A stretch of 64,000 nucleotides of DNA from Candidatus Blautia stercoravium (GCA_019114495.1 DXFK01000038.1:367-64366); one strand, 5' to 3'; shown: positions 38,258-48,426, counted from the stretch's first letter. The notes: a model not told the origin generated them from the sequence alone. A program made the numbers and translations.

Positions 38258-39730
38258 CTATTCTTCGCCGTCCTGAGTTACAGGTTTTCCTGTACTCTGC
38301 CCGGACTGGGCGTCATCATCCCCGGAGTCTCCTGCTGCCTGACCCCCGTTGGCCTGCATGTAGTCTGCAGCGTCCTGCGCCGTATCGGTTCCCGGATACT
38401 CGTCTATAATTTTCTGGTACCATTTATTGGCATTTTCTGTATCGCCTTTCTTGTCATAAGCCTGAGCCAGGTCAAACATGGTATCGCTGTCCTGTTCCCC
38501 GATGTTCAGCGCCTTTTCCAGATTGGAAATTGCTGTATCGTAATCCCCGGATTCCATAGCAGATGCTGCCTGATTTTCATAATTAGACTTCACAGTACTG
38601 CCGATTTCGCTCATCATACTGTCATACATACTTTTCGCCTCTACGGAAAGCAAATCTGTATTGACACCTTCTATGGCATTGGCTGCTGTGCTGTAGCTGC
38701 CCTCTCGGTACGCCTGCCATGCTTTTATGAGATTTTCGTAGCCGGAAGCCTTTGTATTTGCCTGCTCAATCTGGCTTTGTGCTGTACTGACAGAATCTGT
38801 GGACGCATCCATCTCTTCCTGCATGCGGTTTAACTCCGCAGACAGCGTTGCCATTTTATCGCTGTATTCTACCACTTTTTTGTTGGCTTCCTGATTGATT
38901 TTCTGGGTTTTGGCCGGCACCACCAGAAACCACAGGGCGGCTGCTCCCACCAGAAGTCCCAGCACCAGATTCACCAGGGTATTGGTAACGGATTTTTCCC
39001 GGTACTCCGGCGGCTGGATAATGGTATCATTTCCGGAACGGTAAACCACACTTCCGTCCTGCTTTTCCACTTCCTTTTCCTTCATCTTAAATCTGGAATC
39101 CAGATTCGTTGCACGGCCTGTCTGTTCCTCAATTTCTCTTAAAAACCGCAGCGTGGTGGTATTGGTTTTATCAATGCGGGCTGCTGCTTTTAACCGCTTT
39201 CTTGCCTTCTCGTACTCCCCTTCCTTCATGTAAATCAACGCCAGAAGGTGATACCCCTTAATCAGCTTAGGGTTGCTGGCAAGCACTTTGTTCAGCTGTA
39301 TTTTCGCCATATCAGGATTGTCATTTCTGCAGTATTCCAGACACTGATTGTACTTTTTAATACTGGTGTTAATCATATCCAGACGGTTGGCATTCTTCTG
39401 CAGTTTATCAATATACCCGGAAGCGGGATTTCCCTCAGGCATCATATTTTTACTGATGACCCACTGACTTAAAGCTGCCACTACTTCCCCTGTTTCAAAA
39501 TAAACCAGTCCAAGCAGATTTCTGGCCTGAATATTCAGCTTATTCATTTTCAGACTTCGCTTCAGACAGGTAATGGCCCCTGACAAATCCCGAATCTGGG
39601 CTTTTTCCAGCCCCTGGTTATAATACAGACCAGACAGGGCATAGAACCTTTTCAAGGCCTTCACATTGCACCCGCACTTTGGGCAATAGTCCGAAGCCGT
39701 CAGTTGTGCATGACATACAATACAATTCAT
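38258..39730 (-). CDS. Membrane-anchored TPR protein with N-terminal Zn ribbon
   Basis: CxxC...CxxC, TPR-like repeats, one TM helix, coiled coil, C-terminal TPR. Confidence 0.8.
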   Translation of the reverse strand: MNCIVCHAQLTASDYCPKCGCNVKALKRFYALSGLYYNQGLEKAQIRDLSGAITCLKRSLKMNKLNIQARNLLGLVYFETGEVVAALSQWVISKNMMPEGNPASGYIDKLQKNANRLDMINTSIKKYNQCLEYCRNDNPDMAKIQLNKVLASNPKLIKGYHLLALIYMKEGEYEKARKRLKAAARIDKTNTTTLRFLREIEEQTGRATNLDSRFKMKEKEVEKQDGSVVYRSGNDTIIQPPEYREKSVTNTLVNLVLGLLVGAAALWFLVVPAKTQKINQEANKKVVEYSDKMATLSAELNRMQEEMDASTDSVSTAQSQIEQANTKASGYENLIKAWQAYREGSYSTAANAIEGVNTDLLSVEAKSMYDSMMSEIGSTVKSNYENQAASAMESGDYDTAISNLEKALNIGEQDSDTMFDLAQAYDKKGDTENANKWYQKIIDEYPGTDTAQDAADYMQANGGQAAGDSGDDDAQSGQSTGKPVTQDGEE

Positions 39731-39739
39731 AATCTTCTC

Positions 39740-39889
39740 CTATTTATCCGAAGTGCTTTCGTTGTCTTTCAGCATTTCTTTCAGAACATCTATGACGTCT
39801 GTCAGATCCTGTTGGTAAATGGCCCCTTCTGCGTCATCCACATCAAGACAGGGCTGGAATTTCTTCAGTTCTTCCTCATAATTAATCAT
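39740..39889 (-). CDS. Small acidic protein, 49 aa (below the ORF-track cutoff)
   Basis: MINYEEELKKFQPCLDVDDAEGAIYQQDLTDVIDVLKEMLKDNESTSDK; AAGGAGG RBS; overlaps the folC stop. Confidence 0.8.
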   Translation of the reverse strand: MINYEEELKKFQPCLDVDDAEGAIYQQDLTDVIDVLKEMLKDNESTSDK

Positions 39890-41183
39890 GTATATTCCTC
39901 CTTACATAATCCTTAATCTCCCCCGCCAGATACAGCGAGCCTGCCACAAACAGCAGACCGTCTCCCTTCTTTTTATAAGCCAGATCAAAAGCTTTTCCCG
40001 GATTGGGCTCTACGAACACCTGACTGCAGCCGTTTAAACGGAACAGCTCTGCCAGTTCCTTTGCCGACTGCTTTCTGCTGCCCCAGATTTCTGTAGTTAC
40101 CACATTTGCAAACTGCAGTCCCTCGCAGACTCTCTTTATCATATCCGGAAATTCCTTGTCCGCCACAGTGGAAAACAGCAGCGTAATGGGATACTCCTTC
40201 TGAAAATAAGACACGGTCTCCACAAATCTGGCAATGCCGTCCTCGTTGTGGGCGCCGTCCACAACGACACCCGGGAGAATGGTTTCCATGCGCCCCTGCC
40301 ATTTTGTACCGCCAATGCCCTTTACCAGAACTTCTTTTTCCAGGCCATGCTCCCCTTTCAGCACACCCATGGTCTCCAGCGCCAGTGCCGTATTCATCAT
40401 CTGGTATCTGGCAATAAAGGGAACAAAGAGTTCCGTTTCGCCATAGAACCCTGAAGAAGATAAAAACCGGATTCCCTCTGGTGTGTAGTCCAACAGCTTC
40501 TGCTGATTTTCTTTCACCTCATACCAAGGACATCCCAGTTCTTCGGCTCTGGCTCTTATCACCTCTGCCGCCTCTTTTCGGTTGCCATCGAAGATTACCG
40601 GAACACCCTTTTTGATAATGCCCGCCTTCTCCCCGGCAATCTTTTCAATGGTATCTCCCAGATATTCCACATGGTCCAGGCTGATGGACGTAATGACGCA
40701 GGCCATGGGAGAAAGCACGGAATTGGTAGCATCCAGCCTTCCGCCCAGTCCGGTTTCCAGAACAATGTAATCCACATCCTCCTGTTTGAACACAATCATT
40801 CCCATCAGAAACAGAAATTCAAAATAGGTGGGATGGTAATCTCCTTCCTCCACCAGCCGGTCTGACAGCTTTTTCACCTCTGTAAACGCCTCCGTAAATC
40901 TCTGGTCTGAAATCATAACTTCATTAATCTGAAACCGTTCATTGATTTTCACCAGATGAGGGGAAGTAAAAAGGCCGCAGCGAAATCCTCCCTGCTCCAG
41001 CATGGATGACAGAAAAGCGCACACGCTTCCTTTTCCGTTGGTTCCCGCTACATGAATAATTTTTCTATCTTTATCAGGACTGCCCAGAAGATCCAGACAT
41101 TTCCTGGTGTGCTCTAGTTTATTTTTCGTTGTAAATTTCGGTATATTCTCAATATAATCCACTGCTTCTTCGTATGTAAACAA
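39882..41183 (-). CDS. folC: Folylpolyglutamate synthase / dihydrofolate synthase
   Basis: HVAGTNGKGS, FTSPHL, ETGLGGRLDATN, DGAHN, GSLYL; TTG start 41183 with GGAGG RBS. Confidence 0.95.
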   Translation of the reverse strand: MFTYEEAVDYIENIPKFTTKNKLEHTRKCLDLLGSPDKDRKIIHVAGTNGKGSVCAFLSSMLEQGGFRCGLFTSPHLVKINERFQINEVMISDQRFTEAFTEVKKLSDRLVEEGDYHPTYFEFLFLMGMIVFKQEDVDYIVLETGLGGRLDATNSVLSPMACVITSISLDHVEYLGDTIEKIAGEKAGIIKKGVPVIFDGNRKEAAEVIRARAEELGCPWYEVKENQQKLLDYTPEGIRFLSSSGFYGETELFVPFIARYQMMNTALALETMGVLKGEHGLEKEVLVKGIGGTKWQGRMETILPGVVVDGAHNEDGIARFVETVSYFQKEYPITLLFSTVADKEFPDMIKRVCEGLQFANVVTTEIWGSRKQSAKELAELFRLNGCSQVFVEPNPGKAFDLAYKKKGDGLLFVAGSLYLAGEIKDYVRRNIHD

Positions 41184-41269
41184 GATAGGTTCCTCCTGTC
41201 TTTTGCCCTTAATGCAAAGTACCACTTCACTGTAATGGAGTCCCATACCCTTCGGTATGGTCACTTACC

Positions 41270-41297
41270 ATTATAATGAAGTGGTGACAATATGCAA
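41270..41297 (-). promoter_or_regulatory. sigmaA promoter of folC
   Basis: TTGCAT-16 bp-TATAAT. Confidence 0.65.
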
Positions 41298-41332
41298 GCA
41301 AATTATGTCGGTTTGCTAAAAAGTTTTTTGCT

Positions 41333-43414
41333 TTATTCTTCCTTTTCCGTCTGACTTTCTTGTGTCACTTCCGTCTCCGGCTGCTCTGTGCGGATAGGCT
41401 CTAAAGTGGCCTGATTGCTGCCCTCCTGAGGCTCATGATAAATATACTTTTCCGTTCTCGTAAGCACTCTGTGGGTAGAACTGTTGCTTCGGATAGCAAT
41501 GTCCACCGTATCGTTTTCCTTCAGTTCCGTATCCAAAAGCAGCAGCGTATTCTCATCCACAAAGTTGGCTGCCACCAGCTCTCCGTTGACCTCCAAAAAG
41601 GCCGACTGGGTCAGATTTTTGCCTTTAATGTAATACTGTCCGTCGGAAATCTTCTCTATGCTTTCAAGCTGTGCATCCTCCACGCCCAGGTGCATTTTCA
41701 CCCGTTCAAAAGGATTTTTACCTCCGTAAATATACTGTTTTCCATACAGGATATCATACTGCAGCATTTCCAAATCCACCTGATAATTCTTGGTATTGTT
41801 TCTGGCCTGGTGGAAACGGAACACATTGCCCTCATGAATGTCTACCCGATCCATGACCTCTGCCGCCATCTGATAAGCAGCCAAGTTTTTGTCCTTCTTT
41901 TCCAGTCCCATGTTATCCCAGATAACATATTCGGTCTGGAACAGATATTTATTTTTCACATCTGTTACCGTAAGTCCCATAGTTGGCAAATGGTCGCCGT
42001 ACATAACCAGCACCACATCCTCATCCAGCTTGGACAGGGCGTCTGTCAGTTCCTTAACAAACTGATCCATTTCATAAATCTGGTTACAGTAATATTCCCA
42101 CTTGTAGTTCTGAGCCTGGGTACTTGCGCCGCTGACTGTAATCTTGGGATCTTCCAGGACAGGTTCTTCCGGGTAATCCCCGTGTCCCTGTACGGAAATG
42201 GTGTATACATAATCCGATCCTTCTGTGGACTCCATGGCCTGCAGAATATACTTGGTCAGGTTATGGTCTTTAACCCAGTCATTGGGATTGGTATCATCCT
42301 GTTCAGACATATATTCCTCAGAAGTAAAACTATCAAAGCCAAGATTGGCAAATACATTTTTTCTTCCGTAGAAGTTCGCCTCATTGTTGTGAATGGCATG
42401 GGTTCCATAGCCCAGGTTTTTCAGCACATACGCTGCACTTTCACATGTGGTTTCCTTGAGAATACTTTTGTAAGGATATTCTCCCGGTCCGAAATAGCGC
42501 ATACTCATGCCCGTAATGGACTCAAACTCCGTATTTGCCGTACCGGCTCCAACGGAAGGAACCTTAAAATAACCCGAAGAATATTCCTGCATAAGTTTGC
42601 GGAAATTAGGAATAGGGTCTTCGGAAATATTCAGATACTCAACCAGTTCCGGGTCAAAAAAGGATTCCAACTGCAAAAACAGAATATTTGGTCTTTTTTC
42701 TCCCGTTTCCGGCAGGCTTTCCTCGCTTTTGGTAATGTTCTCCATAGCTTCCTCAGAATAGCCTCTGGGGCAGGCGATTCCCGTATTAAAGACCGTTGTT
42801 GCCAGACAGTACGGATATCCATAATCTTCATAAGCAAAGGCGATATTTCCGAAATAATTCGACAGCACCCTTTTTTCCAGTGCCAGCTTCGTAGTCCCTG
42901 CAAAGGCGGCAATTCCCACGGCAATCAGAGGAATGTTCAGTTTATAGCGCATTTTCCCCTGATATCTGGGTCCTTTGAAAAACAGGATAATCAGCCCGAT
43001 CACTGCCAGCACTGCCACAATGACCACTACCACGAAAAAGAAAGGAGACAGATATCTGTCCGCAATCTGAAACGCATCGGTAATCAAATGCAAATCCGGT
43101 CCCGTAAATGGGGTTACGCGGTTGCTTAACAGTACACCGTTAATAATACCCAGACCCATCCAGAAGATAAAAAGAATGGTTCTCCAGAACACTCTTCTTC
43201 TGAACAGGTACACAATCAGCGTTGTTGTAAAAATTAAAAAGGCATTATAAAGGAACACCAGGGGGCGTTCCTTCATAAAATCCATAGCTTCCCAGAGGGA
43301 ATGTCTGGAAATTGCCTCTATAAAGAAGTATCCGATACAAACGGCCAACATCTGCAGCGGAACGGAAAACATATTAAGGTACTTAAGACTTAATATTTTT
43401 CTGGTTTCTTTCAT
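41333..43414 (-). CDS. LTA synthase family (sulfatase-fold) protein
   Basis: About five N-terminal TMs; LQLESF, GTANTEFE (catalytic Thr), GDHLP. Confidence 0.9.
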   Translation of the reverse strand: MKETRKILSLKYLNMFSVPLQMLAVCIGYFFIEAISRHSLWEAMDFMKERPLVFLYNAFLIFTTTLIVYLFRRRVFWRTILFIFWMGLGIINGVLLSNRVTPFTGPDLHLITDAFQIADRYLSPFFFVVVVIVAVLAVIGLIILFFKGPRYQGKMRYKLNIPLIAVGIAAFAGTTKLALEKRVLSNYFGNIAFAYEDYGYPYCLATTVFNTGIACPRGYSEEAMENITKSEESLPETGEKRPNILFLQLESFFDPELVEYLNISEDPIPNFRKLMQEYSSGYFKVPSVGAGTANTEFESITGMSMRYFGPGEYPYKSILKETTCESAAYVLKNLGYGTHAIHNNEANFYGRKNVFANLGFDSFTSEEYMSEQDDTNPNDWVKDHNLTKYILQAMESTEGSDYVYTISVQGHGDYPEEPVLEDPKITVSGASTQAQNYKWEYYCNQIYEMDQFVKELTDALSKLDEDVVLVMYGDHLPTMGLTVTDVKNKYLFQTEYVIWDNMGLEKKDKNLAAYQMAAEVMDRVDIHEGNVFRFHQARNNTKNYQVDLEMLQYDILYGKQYIYGGKNPFERVKMHLGVEDAQLESIEKISDGQYYIKGKNLTQSAFLEVNGELVAANFVDENTLLLLDTELKENDTVDIAIRSNSSTHRVLTRTEKYIYHEPQEGSNQATLEPIRTEQPETEVTQESQTEKEE

Positions 43415-43431
43415 AGCATTCTTCTCCTTAA

Positions 43432-46080
43432 TTAAGGCTGAAGCTGTGCAAGTCTTGACTTCACCTGTTCCATCATATTGGTATAACGCTCTAATTTCTC
43501 GCGTTCTTCGGCCACCTTACTTTCAGGTGCCTTACTGATGAAACGTTCATTCTTCAGCATACCATTTACGCGCGCAAGCTCTTTTTCCAGTTTTTCCTCT
43601 TCTTTTTTCAGTCTTTCGATTTCCTTCTCAATATCCACCAATTCGGCAAAAGGCATATAAATCACAGCTTCTGAGGTCACTGCGGACACCGCGTCATCTG
43701 CAATTCCTGTCTTGTCTGCCTGTACCAGCACCTCGCTGGCATAACCAAGAGAGGCAAAGAAAACTTTTCCGTTTTCAAATACTTCTCTTACCCCTTCGTT
43801 TTCAGACACTACATAAACTTTTGCTTTCTTGCTTGGCGGTACGTTCATGCCTGTACGGACATTACGGATACTTCTCACCGCCTCTTTCATCATTTCCACA
43901 GCTTCTTCATCTGCTTTGAAGTTCCATGCCTCTGTAAATTCCGGCCAGGAAGAAATCATAATGGACTCTTCTTCCGGACACAGAGTACGGAAAATTTCCT
44001 CTGTGATAAAAGGCATGTATGGGTGCAGCAGTTTTAATGCATTGGCCAGAACCGTCTTCAAAGTCCACAGTGCTGCGGCTTTTGTGGTGTCTTCCTCGCT
44101 GTAAAGACGGGGTTTCACCATTTCGATATACCAGTCGCAGAATTCCTCCCAGATGAAGTCATAAACCTTCTGTACGGCAATGCCCAGTTCGTATTTGTCC
44201 AGATTCTCTGTCACATCTTTGGCCAGTGTATTCACTTTGGAAAGAATCCACTTGTCTGCGCTGGTCAGTGCAGACAAATCAATGTCAGCCGGAACCTCTG
44301 CTTTTTCCAGGTTCATCATAATAAATCTGGAGGCATTCCATACCTTATTGGCAAAGTTTCTGCTGGCTTCCACTCTCTCCCAGTAGAAACGCATGTCATT
44401 TCCAGGTGCATTTCCTGTCATCAAGGTCAGACGCAGAGCATCGGCGCCGTATTTGTCAATGACTTCCAGTGGGTCGATGCCGTTTCCAAGGGATTTACTC
44501 ATCTTACGTCCCTGGGAATCTCTTACCAGACCGTGAATCAGCACATGATGGAATGGTGTCTTTCCTGTCTGTTCCAGACCGGAGAATACCATACGGATAA
44601 CCCAGAAGAAAATAATATCATATCCGGTTACCAGCACATCGGTAGGATAGAAGTAATCCAGTTCCTCTGTGTTTTCCGGCCAGCCAAGGGTAGAGAATGG
44701 CCACAGTGCAGAGGAAAACCAGGTATCCAGGGTATCCTCGTCCTGATGCAGGTGGGTACAGCCGCATTTCGGACATTTTTCCGGCATCTCTCCTGCCACA
44801 ACAGTCTCTCCACATTCATCGCAGTAGTAAGCCGGAATTCTGTGTCCCCACCAGAGCTGACGGGAAATACACCAGTCTCTGATATTTTCCAGCCAGTGCA
44901 TGTAAATCTTGTCAAAACGTTCCGGCACAAATTTCAGATTGCCGTCCTGTAAGGTCTGAATAGCAGCTTCGCCCATTTCCTTCATACGCACGAACCACTG
45001 CGGTTTAATCATAGGTTCTACCGTAGTCTTACAGCGGTCATGAGTTCCTACACTATGGGAATGAGGAACCACTTTTACCAGAAGTCCCAGTTCCTTTAAG
45101 TCCTCTACCATGGTCTTTCTGGCTTCGTAGCGATCCATACCTGCGTATTTGCCGCCCAGTTCGTTGATGGTAGCATCATCATTCATGATATTGATTTCCG
45201 GAAGGTTGTGTCTCTTTCCTACCTCAAAGTCATTGGGGTCATGAGCCGGAGTAATCTTCACACAGCCGGTTCCGAATTCTTTGTCTACATATTCATCTGC
45301 TACAACCGGAATTTCTCTGTCTGTCAGCGGCAGCTTCAGCATTTTGCCTACCAGGTCTTTGTAACGATCGTCTTCCGGATTTACCGCCACTGCTGTATCT
45401 CCCAGAAGAGTTTCCGGACGTGTGGTTGCGATTTCTACGAATTTTCCTTCTTCCCCCACTACCGGATAATTGATGTGCCAGAAAAATCCGTCCTGATCCT
45501 CGTGCTCTACCTCTGCATCAGAAATAGAGGTCTGACATACCGGACACCAGTTGATGATTCTGGAGCCTTTGTAAATATAGCCTTTTTCGTACAGCTTAAT
45601 GAAAACTTCCTGTACAGCTTTGGAACAGCCCTCGTCCATGGTAAAACGCTCTCTGTCCCAATCTGCGGAAGCACCCAGTTTCTTCAGCTGATTGATAATC
45701 TTTCCGCCATACTCCTCTTTCCATTCCCAGGCATGTTTTAAGAACTCTTCTCTTCCGATTTCATTCTTATCAATGCCCTGCTCTTTCAGCTTTTCAATAA
45801 CCTTTACCTCAGTGGCAATGGCCGCATGGTCTGTTCCCGGCTGCCAGAGAGCTTCGTATCCCTGCATTCTCTTGAAACGAATGAGAATATCCTGCATGGT
45901 TTCATCCAGGGCATGTCCCATGTGAAGCTGTCCCGTAACGTTTGGCGGGGGCATAACAATGGTAAACGGTTTTTTGTCTCGGTTTACTTGGGCATGGAAG
46001 TATTTGTTGTCCAGCCATTTCTGGTAAATACGGTCTTCCAGCCCTTTCGGGTCATAAGTTTTTGCAAGTTCTTTGCTCAT
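43432..46080 (-). CDS. valS: Valine--tRNA ligase
   Basis: [32 protein letters not shown]-terminal coiled coil. Confidence 0.99.
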   Translation of the reverse strand: MSKELAKTYDPKGLEDRIYQKWLDNKYFHAQVNRDKKPFTIVMPPPNVTGQLHMGHALDETMQDILIRFKRMQGYEALWQPGTDHAAIATEVKVIEKLKEQGIDKNEIGREEFLKHAWEWKEEYGGKIINQLKKLGASADWDRERFTMDEGCSKAVQEVFIKLYEKGYIYKGSRIINWCPVCQTSISDAEVEHEDQDGFFWHINYPVVGEEGKFVEIATTRPETLLGDTAVAVNPEDDRYKDLVGKMLKLPLTDREIPVVADEYVDKEFGTGCVKITPAHDPNDFEVGKRHNLPEINIMNDDATINELGGKYAGMDRYEARKTMVEDLKELGLLVKVVPHSHSVGTHDRCKTTVEPMIKPQWFVRMKEMGEAAIQTLQDGNLKFVPERFDKIYMHWLENIRDWCISRQLWWGHRIPAYYCDECGETVVAGEMPEKCPKCGCTHLHQDEDTLDTWFSSALWPFSTLGWPENTEELDYFYPTDVLVTGYDIIFFWVIRMVFSGLEQTGKTPFHHVLIHGLVRDSQGRKMSKSLGNGIDPLEVIDKYGADALRLTLMTGNAPGNDMRFYWERVEASRNFANKVWNASRFIMMNLEKAEVPADIDLSALTSADKWILSKVNTLAKDVTENLDKYELGIAVQKVYDFIWEEFCDWYIEMVKPRLYSEEDTTKAAALWTLKTVLANALKLLHPYMPFITEEIFRTLCPEEESIMISSWPEFTEAWNFKADEEAVEMMKEAVRSIRNVRTGMNVPPSKKAKVYVVSENEGVREVFENGKVFFASLGYASEVLVQADKTGIADDAVSAVTSEAVIYMPFAELVDIEKEIERLKKEEEKLEKELARVNGMLKNERFISKAPESKVAEEREKLERYTNMMEQVKSRLAQLQP

Positions 46081-46124
46081 AGTTCCTCCTCTTTGCGGTT
46101 ATTGGAGACTGCTTCGGAATTTTC

Positions 46125-46411
46125 TGCAAACAAAAAGCCCCTCCATAACCATCTTTCAAAAAATAGTTACAAAGGGCGACTGTAATCGCGGTACCACCTT
46201 TATTTATCACTCTGAAGTCCCTTAACGCAGACGACGCGTGGAAACCTACAAAACCCTTTTCTCTACTTTTTTTCTATATCAAGCCGATTCTTCAGTTCCC
46301 CAGTTCAAAAGCTACCTTCCGTCTCTTCCCTCCCAGACAATCTTTCAGCCGGTGAATTGTCCTCTCTGCCGGTTTCCAAGACGTACTCCTCTTTCTCATC
46401 ACCTTTTTCTG
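46125..46411 (-). ncRNA. T-box riboswitch (Val)
   Basis: AGTA and GCTGA boxes; specifier GAAG-GTA-GC (Val codon, 46313-46315); T-box AAGGTGGTACCGCG (46187-46200); terminator with U-tract. Confidence 0.93.
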
Positions 46412-46417
46412 AAAAAT

Positions 46418-46446
46418 ATCATAAGCACAAAGCCCGGCTTTGTCAA
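46418..46446 (-). promoter_or_regulatory. sigmaA promoter of valS
   Basis: TTGACA-17 bp-TATGAT. Confidence 0.85.
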
Positions 46447-46574
46447 GACGGGAAATTCTAAAATCTTTCTAATCTTCCTCGCTTTGGGTGTTCAAGCCCT
46501 GCTCATTATGATACAATGGGAGGACAAATGTAAAATATATGTAAATTTTTTTACATTGTTCAGGAGGTAACCAT

Positions 46575-47633
46575 ATGCATATAACAAAAAAAGTTCTGAA
46601 AGGAGTGATGCTTCTGCTCCTCTTCGCAGTCATTGTGCTGATTGCCGGAATTATCTGGCTCACCGTCCGGGAATACCGGCCCAAAGCAGTGGAAACACTC
46701 ACACCCCCATCCGGTGTGCGAACCATTTCTACTGAGGATACCTTCCGGGTTATGACTTTCAACACCGGATATGCAGGTCTTGACAAAACCCAGGATTTCT
46801 TTATGGACGGCGGCTCGGGGGTACAGCCGGACAGCCAGCAGCAGGTAGAAACCAATTTAAAGGGTATTGGGAAAATTCTTTCCAGTAATTCCGCAGATGC
46901 TTATTTTCTCCAGGAAGTGGATACCGATTCCAAACGCTCCTATCATCTGAACGAAGAACAATATTATGAAAGTATTCTGAACATGGATGGAGTATTTGCC
47001 TGCAACTTCAAATGCGACTTTGTTCCCTATCCCCTGCCGCCCATTGGGAAGGTAACCAGTGGGATTTTGACGCTTACGGATTTACATACCTCTTCTGCTT
47101 CCAGAATTTCTCTGCCGGAATCTTTTTCCTGGCCCGTAAAAACCTGCAATCTGAAACGCTGCATGCTGGAAACCCGTATTCCCTTAAAGGGCACGGACGC
47201 AGAGCTGGTTCTGATTAATTTCCATCTGGAAGCCTATGACAGCGGAGAGGGCAAGGCTGCTCAGAGCAAGGTGCTGGCAGAAAAACTTTCCCAGGAATAC
47301 GCAGCTGGCAATTATGTCATCGCAGGGGGGGATTTTAACCAGACCTTTGAAGGCATGGACACCTACCCCATTCACGACACCAATGGCTGGGTTCCCGGCA
47401 CGATCGGACAGGAAGACCTGCCAGAGCATTTCTCCTTTGCCGCAGATGACAGCTATCCAACCTGCCGTCTGCTAAATGCCCCGTATACAGGTTCTTACGA
47501 GACCTCCCAGGTATATGTTCTGGACGGCTTTATTGTATCAGACAATCTGAAAGTTTCTGATGTTTCTGTTATCAATACAGATTTTGCCTACACAGACCAT
47601 CAGCCGGTTATGCTGGAAGTGGGGTTCCAATAG
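46575..47633 (+). CDS. Endonuclease/exonuclease/phosphatase (EEP) family hydrolase with N-terminal membrane anchor
   Basis: TM, MTFNTGY, LQEVD, NFHL, GGDFN, LDGF, TDHQPV motifs. Confidence 0.9.
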   Translation: MHITKKVLKGVMLLLLFAVIVLIAGIIWLTVREYRPKAVETLTPPSGVRTISTEDTFRVMTFNTGYAGLDKTQDFFMDGGSGVQPDSQQQVETNLKGIGKILSSNSADAYFLQEVDTDSKRSYHLNEEQYYESILNMDGVFACNFKCDFVPYPLPPIGKVTSGILTLTDLHTSSASRISLPESFSWPVKTCNLKRCMLETRIPLKGTDAELVLINFHLEAYDSGEGKAAQSKVLAEKLSQEYAAGNYVIAGGDFNQTFEGMDTYPIHDTNGWVPGTIGQEDLPEHFSFAADDSYPTCRLLNAPYTGSYETSQVYVLDGFIVSDNLKVSDVSVINTDFAYTDHQPVMLEVGFQ

Positions 47634-48096
47634 GAACTCCGCTTCCAGCTTTCCTTTAGGGTATGTTTTAGATATGTTGTACAGAAAAATATCTGTCAGA
47701 CAACGCTCTTTCCCATTTTCCTTTTTATATCTTTTTTCCATGAATACTATAACTTGAAATTTCCCGCTAAACTGCGGATAAGACGCTATGTAGAAATCCT
47801 TTTGATGTGTTAACTGTTTTTCTGTACAGAAACATTGCCTGCAAATCTATTTCAAAACTCCGTGACGGCTCTGTTCAGCTATTTTGTCTTTCTTTTTCGG
47901 GACCTTTTGATGGACACTCCCTGATTCCGGTCACGAAGCTTTCCTGTTCTCTGCGGAGGATGCGCGGTTTTGTTTGTTGCGGGAAAACAAAACCTGTAAA
48001 CAGCCAAACAGGAAACATAGAATCAGGGAATATACCACCTGCCATTTAATCAATGCATAATTCTATAAGTTCAGGTTCACCTTTCGGCAATTCCAT

Positions 48097-48128
48097 AAAA
48101 AAATCCACCTTCCTCGTGAAAGCGGACT
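48097..48128 (-). terminator. Expression-platform terminator of the cobalamin riboswitch
   Basis: AGTCCGCTTT-cacgag-GAAGGTGGAT followed by TTTTTT. Confidence 0.75.
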
Positions 48129-48191
48129 CGTCAACTGTCTGTAAACAGTGTGAGGGATTTCAAACTTTGCACGGAAGTTATCACCTTACTA

Positions 48192-48366
48192 CTACTAAGC
48201 AGGTTTCCTGACTCATGGCTCATTGCTTTGCCGCTCCTTCTCGTACTGCTTCGTACAATGGACTTCTGCGGCATCACTCCCCAAATACAGTGACCGGATC
48301 GCTCAGGACTCACACCTGATTCCCTTTTCACCAGTGTTGTGCGGTCAACACGGTGCACTTAATAGG
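48192..48366 (-). ncRNA. Cobalamin (AdoCbl) riboswitch
   Basis: GGTG-AAAAGGGAA-TCAGGTGTGAGTCCTGA-GCGATCCGGTCACTGT...GCCATGAGTCAGGAAACCTGC; P1 CTATTAAG/CTTAGTAG. Confidence 0.9.
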
Positions 48367-48388
48367 TTTATGGAATTATACATTAACT

Positions 48389-48417
48389 ATAATACCATTG
48401 CCTTCAAGCCACGTCAA
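48389..48417 (-). promoter_or_regulatory. sigmaA promoter driving the cobalamin riboswitch RNA
   Basis: TTGACG-17 bp-TATTAT with extended -10 TG. Confidence 0.75.
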
Positions 48418-48426
48418 GCACTTTTC

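Noticed and set aside
41435-43129. 564-aa plus-strand ORF
   Set aside because: Antisense shadow of the LTA synthase gene; no motifs or RBS
47863-47890. CTGTTCAGCTATTTTGTC resembles a Lachnospiraceae MITE/REP repeat as I recall it
   Set aside because: Single copy in the window and cannot be verified
47538-48049. ORFs 47538-47741 (-) and 47807-48049 (+) as the riboswitch-controlled gene
   Set aside because: The first lacks an RBS and overlaps the EEP gene; the second is on the wrong strand and has no RBS
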